In this document: piece after piece, positions 47,923-57,902 of the stretch | Layout: each line of letters starts with the position of its first letter | Numbering within the stretch: the stretch's first letter is position 1 | Translations under genes and position numbers: made by a program | Sequence record: NC_004629.1 | Length of the DNA: 64,000 nt | Direction: 5' to 3' (one strand) | Notes under the pieces: generated by a model | What the model was told of the DNA's origin: nothing | What the model saw: only the letters and a program-made list of their open reading frames with translations | Database searches by the model: none

Positions 47923-49167
47923 ATGGGTCTTTATGCCAAAGTTGTTGATCATAATGAAGTTCATGATCAATTTACGGGTAAACGAATTTATGCCAATGAT
48001 TACAATACGAGTAACTCAGATGAGAAAGAAGAATTTGATAGGCATTTCTATTCTCATTTCCAAGATTCAGAAGCAATTGAAAGTAGTGTAAGCTGTGATT
48101 GTCGAGCAATCGAAGACGCACATAAACTCGGAGTAATCTGTGATATTTGTAATACTCCAGTTGTCAATACTTCTAGCCGCCCTATCGAACCATCAATGTG
48201 GGTTCGTACACCAAAACACGTACGTAGCCTAATTAACCCACGTTTAATCATTATGCTAACCGGATATCTAGTAACTAAAGAATTCGATTTCTTAGCATAT
48301 CTAACTGATACTTCTTATCGATACGATGTAGAATCTATTGGTTCTAAAGAAACACGCAGGAAAGTAGATAGGCTACTGCATCGAGGATTTGAAAGAGGAT
48401 TAAATCACTTCATTGATAATTTCAATGAGATCTTCCAATTCCTACTAGATGCAAATATTATCTCTAATAATAAATCCGAATTCGCTCAATTCGTTGCTCA
48501 GAATAAAGATAAGTTATTCCCTAAATATTTACCAGTTCCTTCTAAACTCTGTTTCGTAGCAGAATCAACCACATCTGGTACTTACTTAGATAAACCAATT
48601 GAAGCAGCAATTGATGCTACCTTAACCTTCGCTAGTATTGATGCATCATCTGTACCACTTAGTCCAATTAAAGCTCAGAATAGGACTATGCGAGGACTAA
48701 GACTATATGGCCAGTTCTACGAGATCTACGCAAAATCACGAATTGCTCAAAAGCCTGGTCTTGCTCGGCGTCACATGTTTGGTGCTCGTCTCAACGCTAC
48801 GGCACGTGCAGTAATCACTTCTATTAGTGACCCGCATGATTATGATGAATTACATATTCCGTGGGGAGTAGGTTGTCAATTATTAAAGTATCATCTAACT
48901 AACAAGCTAAAAGCTAAGTTTAACATGACAACTCGTGAAGCATTCTCATTTGTATATGAGAATGTACTTCAATATAACCAAATCATCGCAGATCTATTTA
49001 AAGAGTTAATTGCAGAAGCAGCCCCTTATAAAGGAATGGGTTGTACTTTTCACCGAAATCCAACGCTTCAACGTGGATCTACGCAGCAGTTCTTTATTAC
49101 TAAAGTAAAAGATGACATTAATGATAATTCTATCAGCATGTCAGTTTTATGCCTTAAAGCGCCTAAT
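47923..49167 (+). CDS. non-virion RNA polymerase beta' N-terminal subunit, exon 1 (gp55)
   Basis: AGGAG SD; Zn finger CDC...CDIC; HRNPTLQ; ends KAPN, the N of NADFDGD. Confidence 0.9.
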
Positions 49168-50539
49168 GGACAATTGAATAACTAAATAAGGGTAAAAACA
49201 ATGGAACAAAACGGAGTAGTGTCCGTCTTTGATCCGGCTTCATTTAAAATTGAATGGCGGGATATTCCTGGATACTCAGCATATGAAGCTAGTAACTTAG
49301 GAACAATTCGTCATAAGCGGTTAAATAGAATATGTAATTTCTTCCTTACTAAAACATCGATTGGGACATATCTCAATATTGGTGCAAAAAATGATGAAAA
49401 AACATCTAAGAGTAAGGGTGTTCATATATTAATCTGTTTAGCTTTCCATGGTCCATCACCTGGACCAAATTATGAAGTCAATCATAAAGACGGCAACAAA
49501 CATAATAATTTACCATCTAATTTGGAGTGGATGACTCGTGGTGAAAACATTGAGCATGCTTACAAAAATGGATTAAGAAAAGAAAATAGACGGGTAATTG
49601 CAACTGACGTTACCACTGGTGAAAAGACTACTTATTACTCGATGAGTGAACTTGCTCGGGCATTAGGAGTTAATAAAAATACGGTTTGGGTTATTATACG
49701 TGATCATAAGACTAAGCCGTATAGAAATAGATTCACATTTGAATTTATTACCGGTGAGACTAAGATTGCTGATCGAGATAGTACCAAGACAGTTTATGTT
49801 TTAGACTATAAGACTAAGACATTACATGTGTTTCATAACTTAGCTGAAATGGAACTTGCACTGGGTACTAAACGTAATAAAGCCTATTACCATCTAGTTA
49901 GAGGTAGTAAGGAAATCATGGATGGTTTGGTATTCTCATATACCGCTAATCCTGAAGATTTCCCTAAATACACTCAAAAAGAAATTGAAGCCTCATTTGG
50001 AAAACCTAGTAATGGAAAAGGTACTCCAATTGAAGTAACTGACACCATCTTGAACACTACCAAAGTGTATCCGAGTATTCCACACTTTGCAAGAGATGTC
50101 GGTATTAAGCATCCGAATACTGTTCGAAGAGCAATCTTTGAAAAGAATGGGGTGCTTGATAAATACCTTATTAAGTTAATCAAATCTAGTTCCCCCAATG
50201 AGTAATCGTTGGGTTGAGTTCTCTCTAATTGCTGGGATATCCTGTTAAACTAATCTACCACTGCGAGTCGAAAGACAAAGCCAAGGTTTGAAAAAGATTA
50301 GGTAGGGCCAATCAGCAGCCAAGCTCCGTAACATTCCATTTAGGAATAGGAGAAGGTTCAACGACTATTACGGTATCAGGTGCACCGGTCCTAGAAATAG
50401 GATGTAGGGTCAAGTGACTCGAAATGGGAGACACCCCACTCCGAAAGGAAGGGTGAAGATATAGTCTGGTCTTCTAGCGAGAGCTAGAGCTGCACGTAAT
50501 GGTGCGGGTATCAATTAACGACTGATACTGAACAATACG
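49168..50539 (+). mobile_element. group I intron (IA-like) interrupting the RNAP catalytic motif NADFDGD
   Basis: exon ends in U and intron ends in G; P aattgctgggata at 50227, Q aatcagcagcc at 50310, R gttcaacgactat at 50356, S aagatatagtct at 50456; P3 50220-50225/50426-50431; splicing restores the frame. Confidence 0.92.
49201..50205 (+). CDS. intron-encoded HNH homing endonuclease (NUMOD4-HNH-NUMOD1 type, gp56)
   Basis: WRDIPGYSAYEASNLG (NUMOD4); VNHKDGNKHNNLPSNLEW...N.EH (HNH); three HTH-like repeats such as YSMSELARALG. Confidence 0.92.
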   Translation: MEQNGVVSVFDPASFKIEWRDIPGYSAYEASNLGTIRHKRLNRICNFFLTKTSIGTYLNIGAKNDEKTSKSKGVHILICLAFHGPSPGPNYEVNHKDGNKHNNLPSNLEWMTRGENIEHAYKNGLRKENRRVIATDVTTGEKTTYYSMSELARALGVNKNTVWVIIRDHKTKPYRNRFTFEFITGETKIADRDSTKTVYVLDYKTKTLHVFHNLAEMELALGTKRNKAYYHLVRGSKEIMDGLVFSYTANPEDFPKYTQKEIEASFGKPSNGKGTPIEVTDTILNTTKVYPSIPHFARDVGIKHPNTVRRAIFEKNGVLDKYLIKLIKSSSPNE

Positions 50540-50761
50540 GCTGATTTTGACGGCGATCAATTGAATCTTACGTTAATGCCTGATGTGTATCTAACTAAAG
50601 CAACTGAACGCATTGCACCACACACGTGGGTTCTATCTATTGATGAACCACATGAAATCTCAGGTAACCTTGAATTACAGGGTCCTGTTGTAGAAACAAT
50701 TATTAACTGGGCACATGAGAAGTATTTACCGCCATTAGAAGAATGGCTAAAAGCAAAATAA
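50540..50761 (+). CDS. nvRNAP beta' N-terminal subunit, exon 2 (gp56.1)
   Basis: begins gct gat ttt gac ggc gat = ADFDGD; spliced product is about 488 aa. Confidence 0.9.
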   Translation, partial: ADFDGDQLNLTLMPDVYLTKATERIAPHTWVLSIDEPHEISGNLELQGPVVETIINWAHEKYLPPLEEWLKAK

Positions 50762-50763
50762 AT

Positions 50764-50796
50764 TAATAGGGGAGTCTAACTCCCCTATTATTTCTT
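50764..50796 (+). terminator. intrinsic terminator
   Basis: taataggggag-TCTAA-ctcccctatta followed by TTTCTTT. Confidence 0.85.
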
Positions 50797-50809
50797 TGAG
50801 GCTGGTAGC

Positions 50810-51193
50810 ATGCATGATTTAGTCATCTATTGGAAAGCTCATGATGGTTACTACATACAAGATGAACATGGCGAACATCCTGTAACTTTCCAATTCGCAG
50901 AAATTAATTGGAATTTCACCGGAGCTTATGAATACGGTGGTTCTGAATTAATTGATGATCACTTAAGGTTTGGTATAGATTTCAAAGTACGTGATATTGA
51001 ATGGCAAATTAGGTTTGATTTAAACGGTAAATTTACTCTGTACAATATGTCAAATAATGATCGGGATGATACCTTTGTAATTCCAGCTACTTCAAAATTT
51101 GCCCAATTCTTTAAAAAGACAGGCAAACATGTAGTTACTAATGAAGTTATCACTATCCCAATTAATTGCTCTTTTGATAAGCAAATTTATTAA
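50810..51193 (+). CDS. hypothetical protein
   Basis: 127-aa ORF with GAGG SD. Confidence 0.75.
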   Translation: MHDLVIYWKAHDGYYIQDEHGEHPVTFQFAEINWNFTGAYEYGGSELIDDHLRFGIDFKVRDIEWQIRFDLNGKFTLYNMSNNDRDDTFVIPATSKFAQFFKKTGKHVVTNEVITIPINCSFDKQIY

Positions 51194-51205
51194 AGGTAAA
51201 TAAGG

Positions 51206-51631
51206 ATGAATAGTAAATGTAATGAATGTACTAAGCAAATCGATAATTCCCATGATGCACCAAAAACACTTGGTATCTGCCATAAGCATTATCGGTTCAG
51301 TGTATTTGGGGATAATGGTTTACTTAAAGATTCAGATAAACTAGTTACATTTAAACTTAATAAAGAAACTAATCTATTTGAATGTATTCTAGAAAATACT
51401 AAAGGTGAGTATACGGGATTCCATCATCCTAAGTTTGGATTCCGTATTAAACATGATGATCCAATCACTATTGTGGTGACTGCACCTGAACATGACATCT
51501 ATGTTGAATTAACTGTAACTGTTGAAGGTGTTACAAAAGCTATCAATTGGATCGGTCAGGAACTAGACACATTTAACCTACCTATACAACATCCGTTTAA
51601 TCTATGTTGGTCATATACGGCCAATAACTGA
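51206..51631 (+). CDS. hypothetical protein
   Basis: 141-aa ORF with AAGGA SD. Confidence 0.75.
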   Translation: MNSKCNECTKQIDNSHDAPKTLGICHKHYRFSVFGDNGLLKDSDKLVTFKLNKETNLFECILENTKGEYTGFHHPKFGFRIKHDDPITIVVTAPEHDIYVELTVTVEGVTKAINWIGQELDTFNLPIQHPFNLCWSYTANN

Positions 51632-51639
51632 AGTGTATA

Positions 51640-51699
51640 ATGGTTATAGATACTCATGGTGTGGACCTATTGGACAGTTGCGCCGTGAAGTTATACTGA
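51640..51699 (+). pseudogene. truncated, diverged duplicate of the 5' end of the 52006 gene
   Basis: MVIDTHGVDLLDSCA versus MIVDAHGVDLLDICA; 35/45 nt identical. Confidence 0.8.
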
Positions 51700-51722
51700 A
51701 TTCAATTTCAGATTTATATTAC
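51699..51722 (+). promoter_or_regulatory. early promoter
   Basis: aattcaatttcagattTATATTAC (core 51715-51722). Confidence 0.75.
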
Positions 51723-51753
51723 TAAGGTGCAATAGTGATAAGGGGAATACCCA

Positions 51754-51936
51754 ATGTCTAATATTCGTGAAATTATTCGACGTAACCCGGAATGTTTATC
51801 ACAAGCTGAACGAGATGAACGTGAAGCCAGATCGGTAGCCATGATAACTGGGAGATATATTACTCGTGGGAATGGTGATGTAGTGGTAAACAGTAGGTTT
51901 GTCGATGCATATGTCGAAATGATCTCTAAGCTTTAA
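51754..51936 (+). CDS. small early hypothetical protein
   Basis: 60 aa; AAGGGGA SD directly after an early promoter. Confidence 0.7.
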   Translation: MSNIREIIRRNPECLSQAERDEREARSVAMITGRYITRGNGDVVVNSRFVDAYVEMISKL

Positions 51937-52005
51937 GGGGTAATCTATTATGCAACATCAATTTAATCTATGCTGGGTATATGAGTACAGTATCTGAGGT
52001 GAATA

Positions 52006-52617
52006 ATGATTGTAGATGCACATGGTGTAGACCTCTTGGACATCTGTGCAGGTGGCCATCTTACACAGCAAACAACTCAATGGTTGGGTGAGCGTAGCCA
52101 GGCATTGCGTTCAACTATGTCAACTGCTGCTGCTAGCTTTTTCAATACTGCACAAAATATGTACAGTATGATTAGTGAATCAGCTGCTGTTCAAGCACTG
52201 CGGAATCTAACCACAAAGAAAGATAATTTATGGCAGTCTAACAACATTGTGTATCTTGAGACATTAGCTGAACTACAAACAGCTGGTCCGATTATGCAAC
52301 GTTGGGTTATGGCGCATGAGCGTCTAAGAACTATGTATCTTAATAATGAAGTTGATGGATATGGTGGTTCTTATAATAACATCCAAGGTGATGCTGTAGG
52401 TGAACGACAGTTTGATTATCGTCGCGTGATGGATGGAGTTATGTATACCGATAAGAAAGAATTCGGTTATAAAAACTATCACGAAGATATCAAGAGCGAT
52501 CGTAAACTTAGTCTGCACGAGAAAGTTGACATTATCCGTATGTGGAATGCTATTGATGGGCATCTGGACGCAGGTGAAGAAGATCCAACTTCAGTCGTAG
52601 GTAATCTTCTAGGTTAA
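52006..52617 (+). CDS. conserved phiKZ-family protein (gp59-like; possibly the Imp3 import factor)
   Basis: 203 aa; GAGGTG SD; the Imp3 link rests on recalled gene numbering only. Confidence 0.6.
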   Translation: MIVDAHGVDLLDICAGGHLTQQTTQWLGERSQALRSTMSTAAASFFNTAQNMYSMISESAAVQALRNLTTKKDNLWQSNNIVYLETLAELQTAGPIMQRWVMAHERLRTMYLNNEVDGYGGSYNNIQGDAVGERQFDYRRVMDGVMYTDKKEFGYKNYHEDIKSDRKLSLHEKVDIIRMWNAIDGHLDAGEEDPTSVVGNLLG

Positions 52618-52623
52618 ATAAAT

Positions 52624-52650
52624 GAGAGTCCCTACATGGGGCTCTCTTCT
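52624..52650 (+). terminator. intrinsic terminator
   Basis: gagagtccc-TACAT-ggggctctc followed by TTCT. Confidence 0.7.
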
Positions 52651-52668
52651 ATCGTTTAGGAGAGATCT

Positions 52669-53004
52669 ATGTCAATTGATCTACTCGTACCAAATAAACT
52701 AAAGATGTTTCAAAAAAGTCCAGATGGTACGGGATATATGTACTTTAATAGTACAGATGGGATAGAACTTAAACACGATAATCAAACACGACTATTGTAT
52801 CTTCCTGATAATGTCTATGTAACTGGTGATTATGTTTCACCTGATACTAAATTTATTTTCACAGTTATTGAAGGTGAAGTGGTCTCTATTAAATTAGATA
52901 CTGGCGAGGAAATACATAGTTATAGTTTTTGTGATGAGAGTCCATTGTGGAACCATCCACATATTGCTTTTTACGTTAAGGAAAATACAGATGCTATTAA
53001 TTAA
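52669..53004 (+). CDS. hypothetical protein
   Basis: 111-aa ORF with AGGAG SD. Confidence 0.75.
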   Translation: MSIDLLVPNKLKMFQKSPDGTGYMYFNSTDGIELKHDNQTRLLYLPDNVYVTGDYVSPDTKFIFTVIEGEVVSIKLDTGEEIHSYSFCDESPLWNHPHIAFYVKENTDAIN

Positions 53005-53455
53005 GCGTAATGACTCATCAATGCCACTACACCCTATTCTTAAATTAACTACTGCTGTAGTTGATTCAACTCGTTTTAATCTTGAAGAATATTCTTATCT
53101 TAAAGAAGCATTTAAGAATGGCACTCTACGTATCTATGTAACTGGATATGACTATGCTTACCCATCTGAAGATGGTCATCTTGTTATTAAAGACGACCAT
53201 CCTAATGTATCTAGCAGGCCACCATTTGTACATGTTGGTAGGGATCCAAATGGGCTAGTTGATGATACCCAGTTATATGTAGCTACAACTCATTTTTCAG
53301 GGACAAGTAGTGAAATTACTGCCAAACCCATTAGTGTACATGCATGTGTTACTGAACACGATATCGTTTTAACAAGTACACTCAAGAAAAAAGAAGGTGC
53401 TGTCATCGTATACCACATTGAATTAATTGCAAGTAAATATTTATATGCTAGTTAA
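52991..53455 (+). CDS. hypothetical protein
   Basis: AAGGA SD favours ATG 52991 (MLLIKRN). Confidence 0.7.
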   Translation: MLLIKRNDSSMPLHPILKLTTAVVDSTRFNLEEYSYLKEAFKNGTLRIYVTGYDYAYPSEDGHLVIKDDHPNVSSRPPFVHVGRDPNGLVDDTQLYVATTHFSGTSSEITAKPISVHACVTEHDIVLTSTLKKKEGAVIVYHIELIASKYLYAS

Positions 53456-53521
53456 TGTAAGTATTTAACTGTATGTATCAAGCAATATAAAGGGAGCCAT
53501 TTGGCTCCCATCTTAACTTAA

Positions 53522-53959
<438 letters not shown>

Positions 53960-54517
53960 ATGACTAGTGAAGTTGAGAAAAATGAAAGCGAAGCTATGAA
54001 CTCCATGCTATTAAAACGAATTCATATGCTAGAAGTAACAGTTAGGAATCTAACGAAACATGCTAATGTTGTAGATGAAGCTTTCCAACAATTAGTAAAA
54101 GCTAAAGCTGAAGAAACTGCAACATTTAATATTCGCGTTAGTCGAGTTCTTGCAGATATTCTTTGCAATATGGGTGAAAGTATTCGGCATGAAGTTGATG
54201 ACGCAATGCGAGCTATCCATGGTGATACTAAACCAGTATTCGCACTAGCTGAAGTAGATGGGGTTAATCAGAAAGAACATATGGAATCAGTCATTGTTCG
54301 TAAGGGCGGTGATAAAGGTTATATGTTTGCTACTGTTGGAACGCCTAATAAGTTCACTACTGAAAACTGCGATGCGTTGATTGATTACCTAAATAGTAAT
54401 CCTCAACTAATGGAAAACAAAGAAGAAGCTCGTTTTAATATCATCACTACTCTGACTAAACAACAGATTGAACAAGTTATGGGTAAAGAAGATGGCAACT
54501 CCGGAACCGAACACTAG
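53960..54517 (+). CDS. hypothetical protein with an N-terminal coiled coil
   Basis: 185-aa ORF. Confidence 0.75.
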   Translation: MTSEVEKNESEAMNSMLLKRIHMLEVTVRNLTKHANVVDEAFQQLVKAKAEETATFNIRVSRVLADILCNMGESIRHEVDDAMRAIHGDTKPVFALAEVDGVNQKEHMESVIVRKGGDKGYMFATVGTPNKFTTENCDALIDYLNSNPQLMENKEEARFNIITTLTKQQIEQVMGKEDGNSGTEH

Positions 54518-55100
54518 AGTTACAGATAGCGATAACATGATCATGGATGCAATGCAAGCCATGGTTAGCATTCATCAGAAAGAGACACCTATTGTTCATG
54601 AGGACGTTTTTGTAAAGAATATATTACCATTACTTGAATGCCCGTGGGCACCTGGTGCATTAGATGAATATCGTAAATATGTTCGTGAGCTATCAAATCC
54701 GTTACGCGTAGCAAGTGTCAATACCAAAGAAGCGGTTGTGCTTTTTACAGTTCCAGCACTTTATCCTCGTCCAAGTGTTGCAATCTCATCTGGTGAGAAT
54801 GTTGCTAGCATTTCTAACGTAATGGATTATTATAATAAAGAACATAACCGCAATCCACGTGGTGGGTTTGCTAAAGAAGCAGCTCAATTCTTAGAGCGGT
54901 GTATTTATAATGAACCATTGGAAAAACAACTTTTACAAGTGTTAATCCAAATCTTAGCAGCATATGGTCGGGTATTAAAAAATACTGATGGTACTCCGTT
55001 ATATGAGTTACCGAATACATCTTCATCTAAATCTGGAGGTGTGCAAGTAGATACACCTGAGAATGATGAATGTGTTTACGGTGACGAATATGAAGACTGA
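54492..55100 (+). CDS. hypothetical protein (gp64-like)
   Basis: start MATPEPN at 54492; acidic C-tip. Confidence 0.75.
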   Translation: MATPEPNTRVTDSDNMIMDAMQAMVSIHQKETPIVHEDVFVKNILPLLECPWAPGALDEYRKYVRELSNPLRVASVNTKEAVVLFTVPALYPRPSVAISSGENVASISNVMDYYNKEHNRNPRGGFAKEAAQFLERCIYNEPLEKQLLQVLIQILAAYGRVLKNTDGTPLYELPNTSSSKSGGVQVDTPENDECVYGDEYED

Positions 55101-56229
55101 TAAAACAAAGAAACCTGGCATATTTCGATATTTAACAGTAGGCGATGTCCATATGGGGCATCGCCAAACCCCTACTGAATTAATCATCAATAACTTTTGG
55201 AAAACTGTCCCTGATACAATTTTAAAAGATATTGATATGTTGATTATTACAGGGGATTTATTTGATCGTCAATTAAACAATGGCGATCCAGCTGCATACG
55301 CAATTGATAGATTTATTACAATACTTCTCTACAAATGTGAAATGTATAATGTAATGATCCGTATTGTTGAAGGGACCCCATCACATGACCGTGGGCAAAT
55401 GCAGTTTTTCGTAGAACAAAAAAATAATGCAAATATTAAAGTTGATTTGCATTATTCAAAGATTCTCGATATTGAGTATATTGAGAAACTAGATGCATAT
55501 TTCCTTTATGTCCCTGATAAATGGAATCCATCCACATCAGAGACTTTAAATCAAGTAAAAGATTTAATGCATAAGAAAGGTATATCTCAAGTTGACTTTA
55601 CTATTTTACATGGGGCATTTAAACATCAGCTACCAAGTATTGTGGAAGAGCCAACACATGATCCAGACGAATATTTAGCATTAACTAAATATATGATCAA
55701 TGGTGGGCATGTTCATGAGATGTCTATCTATGAACGCATTTTAGCTGCCGGTGGATTTGATCGATTAAGTCACAACGATGAAATTCCAAAAGGATTATTT
55801 GATGTTGTGGTGAAAGAAAATGGCGAATGGACTGCTACATTCCTTGAGAATAAGGGTGCGCGTAGATACGATACTTTGAATGTCCATGGAATGGATACTA
55901 AGCAACTTAATTACACTGTTAAAGAACATATCAAGACACTACCAACTAACTCTGCAATTAGGTTAAGATGTAATCCAGGTGATGTAGCTACTGGTGATCT
56001 CGATACATTTCAAAATGAATATCCTAATTTTTCATGGAGTATCTTAATTGAAAAAGTTACTACAAAGAAAAATACTGTGTCAGATAGCCTAAAGAATTTT
56101 GATTTATCAGAATTTTTGGATATAACTCCAGAAAGTATTTCTGATTTAATTATTCCAGATATTGAAAAATTTACAGCGGACGCTGCTCAGATCCAACGGG
56201 TATTGGGATTATTGACAGAGTTCAAATAA
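55090..56229 (+). CDS. sbcD: SbcD/Mre11-like metallophosphoesterase nuclease (gp65)
   Basis: motifs GDVHMG, ITGDLFD, GTPSHD, LHG, GHVH. Confidence 0.88.
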   Translation: MKTDKTKKPGIFRYLTVGDVHMGHRQTPTELIINNFWKTVPDTILKDIDMLIITGDLFDRQLNNGDPAAYAIDRFITILLYKCEMYNVMIRIVEGTPSHDRGQMQFFVEQKNNANIKVDLHYSKILDIEYIEKLDAYFLYVPDKWNPSTSETLNQVKDLMHKKGISQVDFTILHGAFKHQLPSIVEEPTHDPDEYLALTKYMINGGHVHEMSIYERILAAGGFDRLSHNDEIPKGLFDVVVKENGEWTATFLENKGARRYDTLNVHGMDTKQLNYTVKEHIKTLPTNSAIRLRCNPGDVATGDLDTFQNEYPNFSWSILIEKVTTKKNTVSDSLKNFDLSEFLDITPESISDLIIPDIEKFTADAAQIQRVLGLLTEFK

Positions 56230-56241
56230 AAGGCAATAATA

Positions 56242-57072
56242 ATGGATATTATCGAGAGAGATGTAGGTGCTAATATTCCGATTAGCATTGGAACTTCTTT
56301 TGCTCTCGAAGGGCTTATAGGAACACATCCACAAAAGCCTAGACAACCAACTGATGTTAAGTCTATTAAAGAAATATGGATTAATGTCCGTACTCTTGCA
56401 AGAAATATGTGGCAGGCTATGAAGTCTGAACAACAAACTAATATTAACTTGGTTGCAGCAGTCGATGTTTTATTTCAAGAAGCACAAACAATCCCGGTTG
56501 CTTTACGGCAATCGGGGATAAAAGCAACTGTAAAATATTACATTACTGGTCGAGATGCAGTGAAGTGGTTATTCCCTAAAGCTACATTTAAAGTATCACG
56601 AACACCGCAACAATTAGCTTATGATGTTTATGAACGATTTGTATCAATTGAACTATATCAGAAGTTAAAAGATACAGATTTAATTACAATGGAAATATCT
56701 AATAAACCTCCAAAGGTTGAAGGTACTGTTTTACTATTAACCCATTTCCCACATGAACTATTATGGAAACCCCATTTTAATAGACTTCTTTTATTGGAAT
56801 CCCATACGGGTAAAATAAAGACATACAACATGTGGTATACTAAACTAAATGGTTTAAAAGAAGATACTCCATTTCCTTTTACATCATTTGCTATACAGAT
56901 ATTTGGCGATAAACAATTACTTGAACCACAAGACAAAGCTATTCGTGCGCAATTAAAACAATTGGCACAATCTAGAAAATGGACAGGATTAACAACACCA
57001 GATAAAGTTCATCATGACATTACTGCTTATGGTTCTAAAGAGTTAAAAGAAGCATACAAGAAATTCAAATAG
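56242..57072 (+). CDS. conserved protein, possibly a degenerate FEN/PIN 5'-3' nuclease fold (gp66-like)
   Basis: IWINVRTLARN, LLLTHFPHELL and IFGDK occupy FEN motif positions but lack most acidic residues. Confidence 0.45.
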   Translation: MDIIERDVGANIPISIGTSFALEGLIGTHPQKPRQPTDVKSIKEIWINVRTLARNMWQAMKSEQQTNINLVAAVDVLFQEAQTIPVALRQSGIKATVKYYITGRDAVKWLFPKATFKVSRTPQQLAYDVYERFVSIELYQKLKDTDLITMEISNKPPKVEGTVLLLTHFPHELLWKPHFNRLLLLESHTGKIKTYNMWYTKLNGLKEDTPFPFTSFAIQIFGDKQLLEPQDKAIRAQLKQLAQSRKWTGLTTPDKVHHDITAYGSKELKEAYKKFK

Positions 57073-57158
57073 AAGAAATACTTGTTGCGATAATATTACG
57101 TAGAAATCATTTCCCATCTAGTTAAAAGAATCTAGTTTTAATTTGGAGTTATCACATC

Positions 57159-57899
57159 ATGTCACAACAGCAGCCTAATGCACCCGTAGTTAACCCTTTT
57201 AACGTAATGAATACTTGGCTACATGCCAAACCATGCGAGGGTTCTCAAAAACGACCGACGCTACGATTTGGTCTGTTTAAAAACCAACCACGGGTTACTG
57301 TTCGTACTAATGTACCTGGTGATAAAGACCATGGTAAAATTGAGTTCAATACTGACCTAGCAACCTTTGCATGTTTCATTAAGTTTGCAATGGACTTAAT
57401 TGAAGGTAAAACCGAAGATACTGAACGTGTCTTTGTTTACCGTAATAACTTCGTAGCTGGTAAGAAGCGTGATAATTTTATTGAGCTTTCTAAGCTACAT
57501 GTTGGCCGTGCACAAGATGGTCGAATTTACATCGCAGTGCTAAGCACTCAACCTGATCGTCCAAAGATCAAATTCTTCTTTGGCCCGTCCCAATTCCATG
57601 ATATCCGCAAAGCAGATGGTAGTCAGCTATCACCTAAGGAAATGTCTGATGCTTATGCATACGGTTTCCTAGACCCCGCATATAAACTAGTAATGCATCT
57701 TCTAGTAACTGAATTCGATCCAGATGCTAAAGGTGTATCTAACCCTGCTAATTTTAATCAGGGTAACGGTAATAGCGGTGGTTACAATAATGGTGGTCAG
57801 CGCAATAACTATAACAACGGCGGCAATAATAGCTATGCTAAGCCGGCTAATAATAGTTATAATGACTCAGCTTTTGATGAGGATATGCCTTCCTTCTAA
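57159..57899 (+). CDS. chmC: ChmC-like nucleus-associated nucleic-acid-binding protein (gp67)
   Basis: beta-rich N-domain plus an N/G-rich disordered tail; immediately upstream of gp68 and PicA, the known ChmC position. Confidence 0.72.
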   Translation: MSQQQPNAPVVNPFNVMNTWLHAKPCEGSQKRPTLRFGLFKNQPRVTVRTNVPGDKDHGKIEFNTDLATFACFIKFAMDLIEGKTEDTERVFVYRNNFVAGKKRDNFIELSKLHVGRAQDGRIYIAVLSTQPDRPKIKFFFGPSQFHDIRKADGSQLSPKEMSDAYAYGFLDPAYKLVMHLLVTEFDPDAKGVSNPANFNQGNGNSGGYNNGGQRNNYNNGGNNSYAKPANNSYNDSAFDEDMPSF

Positions 57900-57902
57900 A
57901 AC

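Noticed and set aside
49219-49227. tgtccgt near the endonuclease start as the intron guide sequence
   Set aside because: It gives a 7-bp P1 with the U-G pair but no convincing P10 and is ~1 kb from P2/P3; it is less favoured than 50175-50191, though not excluded
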